A stretch of 64,000 nt of DNA from assembly GCA_020353155.1 (NCBI GenBank), contig CP070689.1:2476315-2540314 (forward strand), in the 5' to 3' direction. Each line of letters begins with the position of its first letter. The first letter of the stretch is position 1. Origin of the DNA: Deltaproteobacteria bacterium. GTDB taxonomy: Bacteria; Desulfobacterota; Syntrophobacteria; BM002. Below, piece by piece: positions 61,628-64,000 of the stretch. The notes beneath the pieces are model-generated. The model had not been told where the DNA came from. It ran no database searches and saw only the letters and a program-made list of their open reading frames with translations. The position numbers were made by a program, and so were the translations under genes.

Positions 61628-61662
61628 GGATTTCGGATCTCGGATTGCGGATTTCGGATTTT
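61628..61662. repeat. tandem heptamer array (GGATTTC family)
   Basis: Five in-phase 7-mers: ggatttc ggatctc ggattgc ggatttc ggatttt. Confidence 0.85.
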
Positions 61663-61678
61663 AAGACATGATGCTTTG

Positions 61679-62368
61679 CTAATAGCCGAGAAAACCTTCG
61701 GTGTAGAGTTGAAAGATATACCAATCCAGACCCTTGCTCACAACTATGTGGTCTGATTCCACTTCACAGTCCAGATCAAAAAAGTTGTCCACGTAAATGC
61801 TAAAATCTCCCCGGGACTTGTCGTAGAAAAAATGCTTTATGCAAGTCCACTTTCTTGCTAGAACGCAAAAACAGAACAAGATTGAAATTGGCTCCTCTCC
61901 CAGACTGTCCGAGTAGCTATTTAAAGAACTGGTGAGTTTGGAGAAAATAGACTGGAGGGTATCGGAGTCTATATCTTCGAGGATATGGAACCAATTTCCG
62001 GTTATGTTGTCCCGGACCAATTTGCGGATGTCTTGCCAAATTATGTCCTTGCCTGGATTATGGGCCTTGAATTCAATCCCGGCAACTTTTTTAAAATTGT
62101 CGTTTCTCACTTCATATAGATTCAAATCGGAAGTGGCACTGGTCTCGCTGGGATTTTCAATCAAGTAATAATAATTTAAACCATTGAGCAAGCCACAATA
62201 GAGAATCATCGGTTCATACTCGCCGATGCGGACGTCCCCGCTAACCTGAGTAGGCAGAAGCATCCTGGGCGATAAGCCGCTGACTCTCTCATTAATCGGT
62301 GTGATGTGCCATAGTTCAAAGGAAAGCCTGCGATTAATTTCCAGGAGGTCGTGGATAAGTCTATTCAT
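61679..62368 (-). CDS. orphan hypothetical protein, possible PD-(D/E)xK nuclease fold (speculative)
   Basis: Trimmed to the ATG at 62368 (MNRLIHDLLEINRR), 7 nt after GGAGG. SDLNLYEV is followed 18 aa later by GIEFKAH, which fits D...ExK spacing. In the 60-nt lines I counted, GC was about 40-43%, against about 53-63% in the neighbouring-gene lines I sampled. Confidence 0.4.
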   Translation of the reverse strand: MNRLIHDLLEINRRLSFELWHITPINERVSGLSPRMLLPTQVSGDVRIGEYEPMILYCGLLNGLNYYYLIENPSETSATSDLNLYEVRNDNFKKVAGIEFKAHNPGKDIIWQDIRKLVRDNITGNWFHILEDIDSDTLQSIFSKLTSSLNSYSDSLGEEPISILFCFCVLARKWTCIKHFFYDKSRGDFSIYVDNFFDLDCEVESDHIVVSKGLDWYIFQLYTEGFLGY

Positions 62369-62544
62369 GTTTATCCTCCGGCTTATTTCGCCGACAATGG
62401 GAAGGAGATCTGATGCCAAATAGTCTACAAGCAAAAATCATGCTTGTTAAAGCGGTAGCATATCCAAAAACATATGCTGGCATGATATTCTATTGAAAAA
62501 GAATTGCCTGAGAGGTCCTGGCAACCATTAATGAGGTGCGGTGC

Positions 62545-62573
62545 TTGACAAAAGATCAGGGCGAAACGATATT
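62545..62573 (+). promoter_or_regulatory. candidate sigma70-type promoter for the Mrp/NBP35 gene
   Basis: TTGACA (62545-62550), 17-nt spacer, GATATT (62568-62573). Confidence 0.3.
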
Positions 62574-62622
62574 TTATTCTATAAATCATTAGAGAGAATA
62601 ATATCAGGATAAGGAAGCGTGA

Positions 62623-63531
62623 ATGGTAGATAACAAGTGTGAAGATAAAAAACCCTGCGTCAACTGCGAAATTTCATCCAACTGTTCTGCCAGCGAGAAG
62701 AAGGATCATGAGCGTAAAAGATTGCAGGAGAGCCTTTTCCACATCCGGCGGAAGGTGATGGTGATGAGCGGCAAAGGTGGAGTGGGTAAAAGTACCGTAG
62801 CCACTAACCTCGCTGTTTCTCTCGCTCTTCGCGGCTATCAGGTGGGAATCCTCGACGCCGACTTACACGGTCCGGATGTGCCAAGAATGTTAGGCATAGA
62901 AGGCCGGCACCTGATTAGCAAGGGCGAAGGGGTTGAGCCGGTAGAGGTATTCCCAGGTTTCAAGGCAGTATCGATGGCGCTGCTAGCCCAGGAACCTGAC
63001 AAAGCCATTATCTGGAGGGGTCCTCTCAAGCACACTGCCATCAAACAGTTCCTCGGAGGTGTTAATTGGGGTGATTTGGACTTTCTCTTTATCGACCTAC
63101 CCCCGGGAACTGGAGATGAGCCACTAAGTGTCTCCAAGTTAATAAAGGAGGTTGATGGGGCGGTAATTGTGACCACCCCTCAGGATGTGGCTCTTTTGGA
63201 TTCACGCAAAGCAGTTAGCTTCAGCAAAGTGATAAACGTTCCGGTCCTTGGAATCGTGGAGAATATGAGTGGTATGGCCTGCCCCCATTGCGGCGAAAGC
63301 ATCGATCTCTTCAAAATTGGTGGAGGTGAAAAAGCAGCCACGGAGCTGGGGGTTCCATTTCTTGGCCGCATACCCATAGATCCGCGAGTGGTCCTCAGTT
63401 GTGACTCAGGTAAGCCCTTTATGGCTGAGCCCGATGAGTCGCTGGCGAAAACTGCCTTTGCCCAGATTGTTCAAAACCTTCTCGAGGGATTGGAATGGTC
63501 AGAAAAAGAAGTGGCTCGGCCAGCTCTATGA
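62623..63531 (+). CDS. Mrp/NBP35/ApbC-family Fe-S cluster carrier ATPase
   Basis: 302 aa with deviant Walker [28 protein letters not shown] and the cluster-ligand pair in CPHCGESI. The N-terminal Cys-rich tail is [17 protein letters not shown]. Confidence 0.85.
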   Translation: MVDNKCEDKKPCVNCEISSNCSASEKKDHERKRLQESLFHIRRKVMVMSGKGGVGKSTVATNLAVSLALRGYQVGILDADLHGPDVPRMLGIEGRHLISKGEGVEPVEVFPGFKAVSMALLAQEPDKAIIWRGPLKHTAIKQFLGGVNWGDLDFLFIDLPPGTGDEPLSVSKLIKEVDGAVIVTTPQDVALLDSRKAVSFSKVINVPVLGIVENMSGMACPHCGESIDLFKIGGGEKAATELGVPFLGRIPIDPRVVLSCDSGKPFMAEPDESLAKTAFAQIVQNLLEGLEWSEKEVARPAL

Positions 63532-63583
63532 TTGCTTTGTGATGATGTCGTTGTCAGCAAGGTGAAATAGTGAAAAATCGTAC

Positions 63584-63612
63584 TTGAATCCTTTGCCATG
63601 ATCACGTAATAT
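63584..63612 (+). promoter_or_regulatory. candidate sigma70-type promoter for the ferritin-like gene
   Basis: TTGAAT (63584-63589), 17-nt spacer, TAATAT (63607-63612). Confidence 0.4.
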
Positions 63613-63675
63613 ACCCAGAACTTCTTTCAAGCCGAAAATATCCACTATATAAATTGAATGTTATGGAGGAAAACG

Positions 63676-64000
63676 ATGAGTGAATTCGAAGAGGTATGTT
63701 ACACCAGAGAAGGAGCAATTGAAAAGGCAATCGAAATGGAGAAAGAAAGCTTCGATGTTTACCGGAAAGCTTATGAGATGGTGGAAGATAAAAGGGCCAG
63801 AGATTTGGTCAAAGAGCTGGCCCTTGAAGAACTAGAGCACAAATACACTCTGGAAAAAGCCTTTCTCGCAGAAGAGATCGCCTTGCACGAGGCAGGTTTG
63901 GAAGAAGGCCCCAGCATGGAGTTGACCGTGCTGCTTCAACTCAAACCTCTTGACCATGATTCCTCTTCACAGGATGTGATGATTTATGCCATCCATGAAG
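63676..64000 (+). CDS. ferritin-like/rubrerythrin-like domain protein, partial (runs off right edge)
   Basis: Absent from the ORF track because there is no stop. ATG at 63676, 7 nt after GGAGGA. My translation: MSEFEEVCYTREGAIEKAIEMEKESFDVYRKAYEMVEDKRARDLVKELALEELEHKYTLEKAF. The EMEKES...ALEELEH pattern resembles the ExxH di-iron helices. Confidence 0.5.
   Translation, partial: MSEFEEVCYTREGAIEKAIEMEKESFDVYRKAYEMVEDKRARDLVKELALEELEHKYTLEKAFLAEEIALHEAGLEEGPSMELTVLLQLKPLDHDSSSQDVMIYAIHE

Noticed and set aside
1-64000. Search for tRNA, rRNA, transposase/IS ends, integrase and prophage genes.
   Set aside because: I saw no cloverleaf-compatible GTTCGAATC-type T-arm contexts outside coding regions, no rRNA-like stretches, and no ORF with recombinase or transposase motifs.

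Overview
This is a gene-dense 64-kb chromosomal window with about 60 protein-coding genes on both strands. I found no rRNA, tRNA, CRISPR array, transposase, integrase or phage gene. Gene content suggests an anaerobe, possibly deltaproteobacterium-like, but taxonomy is only a guess. Supporting genes are a tungsten-type aldehyde:ferredoxin oxidoreductase, a cytoplasmic molybdopterin oxidoreductase, Tat-signal DUF362 and Fe-S aldo/keto reductase proteins, a NapH-like membrane polyferredoxin, a CoA-disulfide-reductase/rhodanese fusion, a radical SAM protein and Mrp/NBP35. Housekeeping genes include an IHF-like protein, a CCA-adding-like enzyme, family-B DNA polymerase, FabV, Sir2/CobB, CysQ, TatD and an EmrAB-like efflux pair. 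Four things stand out. (1) Almost every intergenic spacer carries elements built from tandem 7-nt (sometimes 8-nt) words arranged as inverted arms. Identical 14-22-nt stretches are shared between distant loci, so this is a dispersed repeat family that ordinary terminators do not explain. (2) A signalling neighbourhood at 3.9-9.2 kb consists largely of degenerate parts. It has a MerR-HTH protein with a cyclase-homology domain lacking both metal-binding Asp, a membrane protein with only GAF domains, and a receiver domain lacking every phospho-relay residue. A 14-bp motif occurs five times upstream. (3) An 800-bp gene-free region contains an orphan promoter followed about 50-100 nt later by a very strong intrinsic terminator, which is a candidate sRNA or leader. 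(4) A minus-strand redox module combines an anchored unknown protein, a Tat-signal DUF362 protein and a NapH-like polyferredoxin. It lies next to a Tat-signal Fe-S aldo/keto reductase and FabV. All functional calls rest on motif recognition by eye in the supplied translations plus my own reading of the DNA. No database search or folding program was available. Several track ORFs were trimmed to internal starts with better RBS or signal-peptide context.
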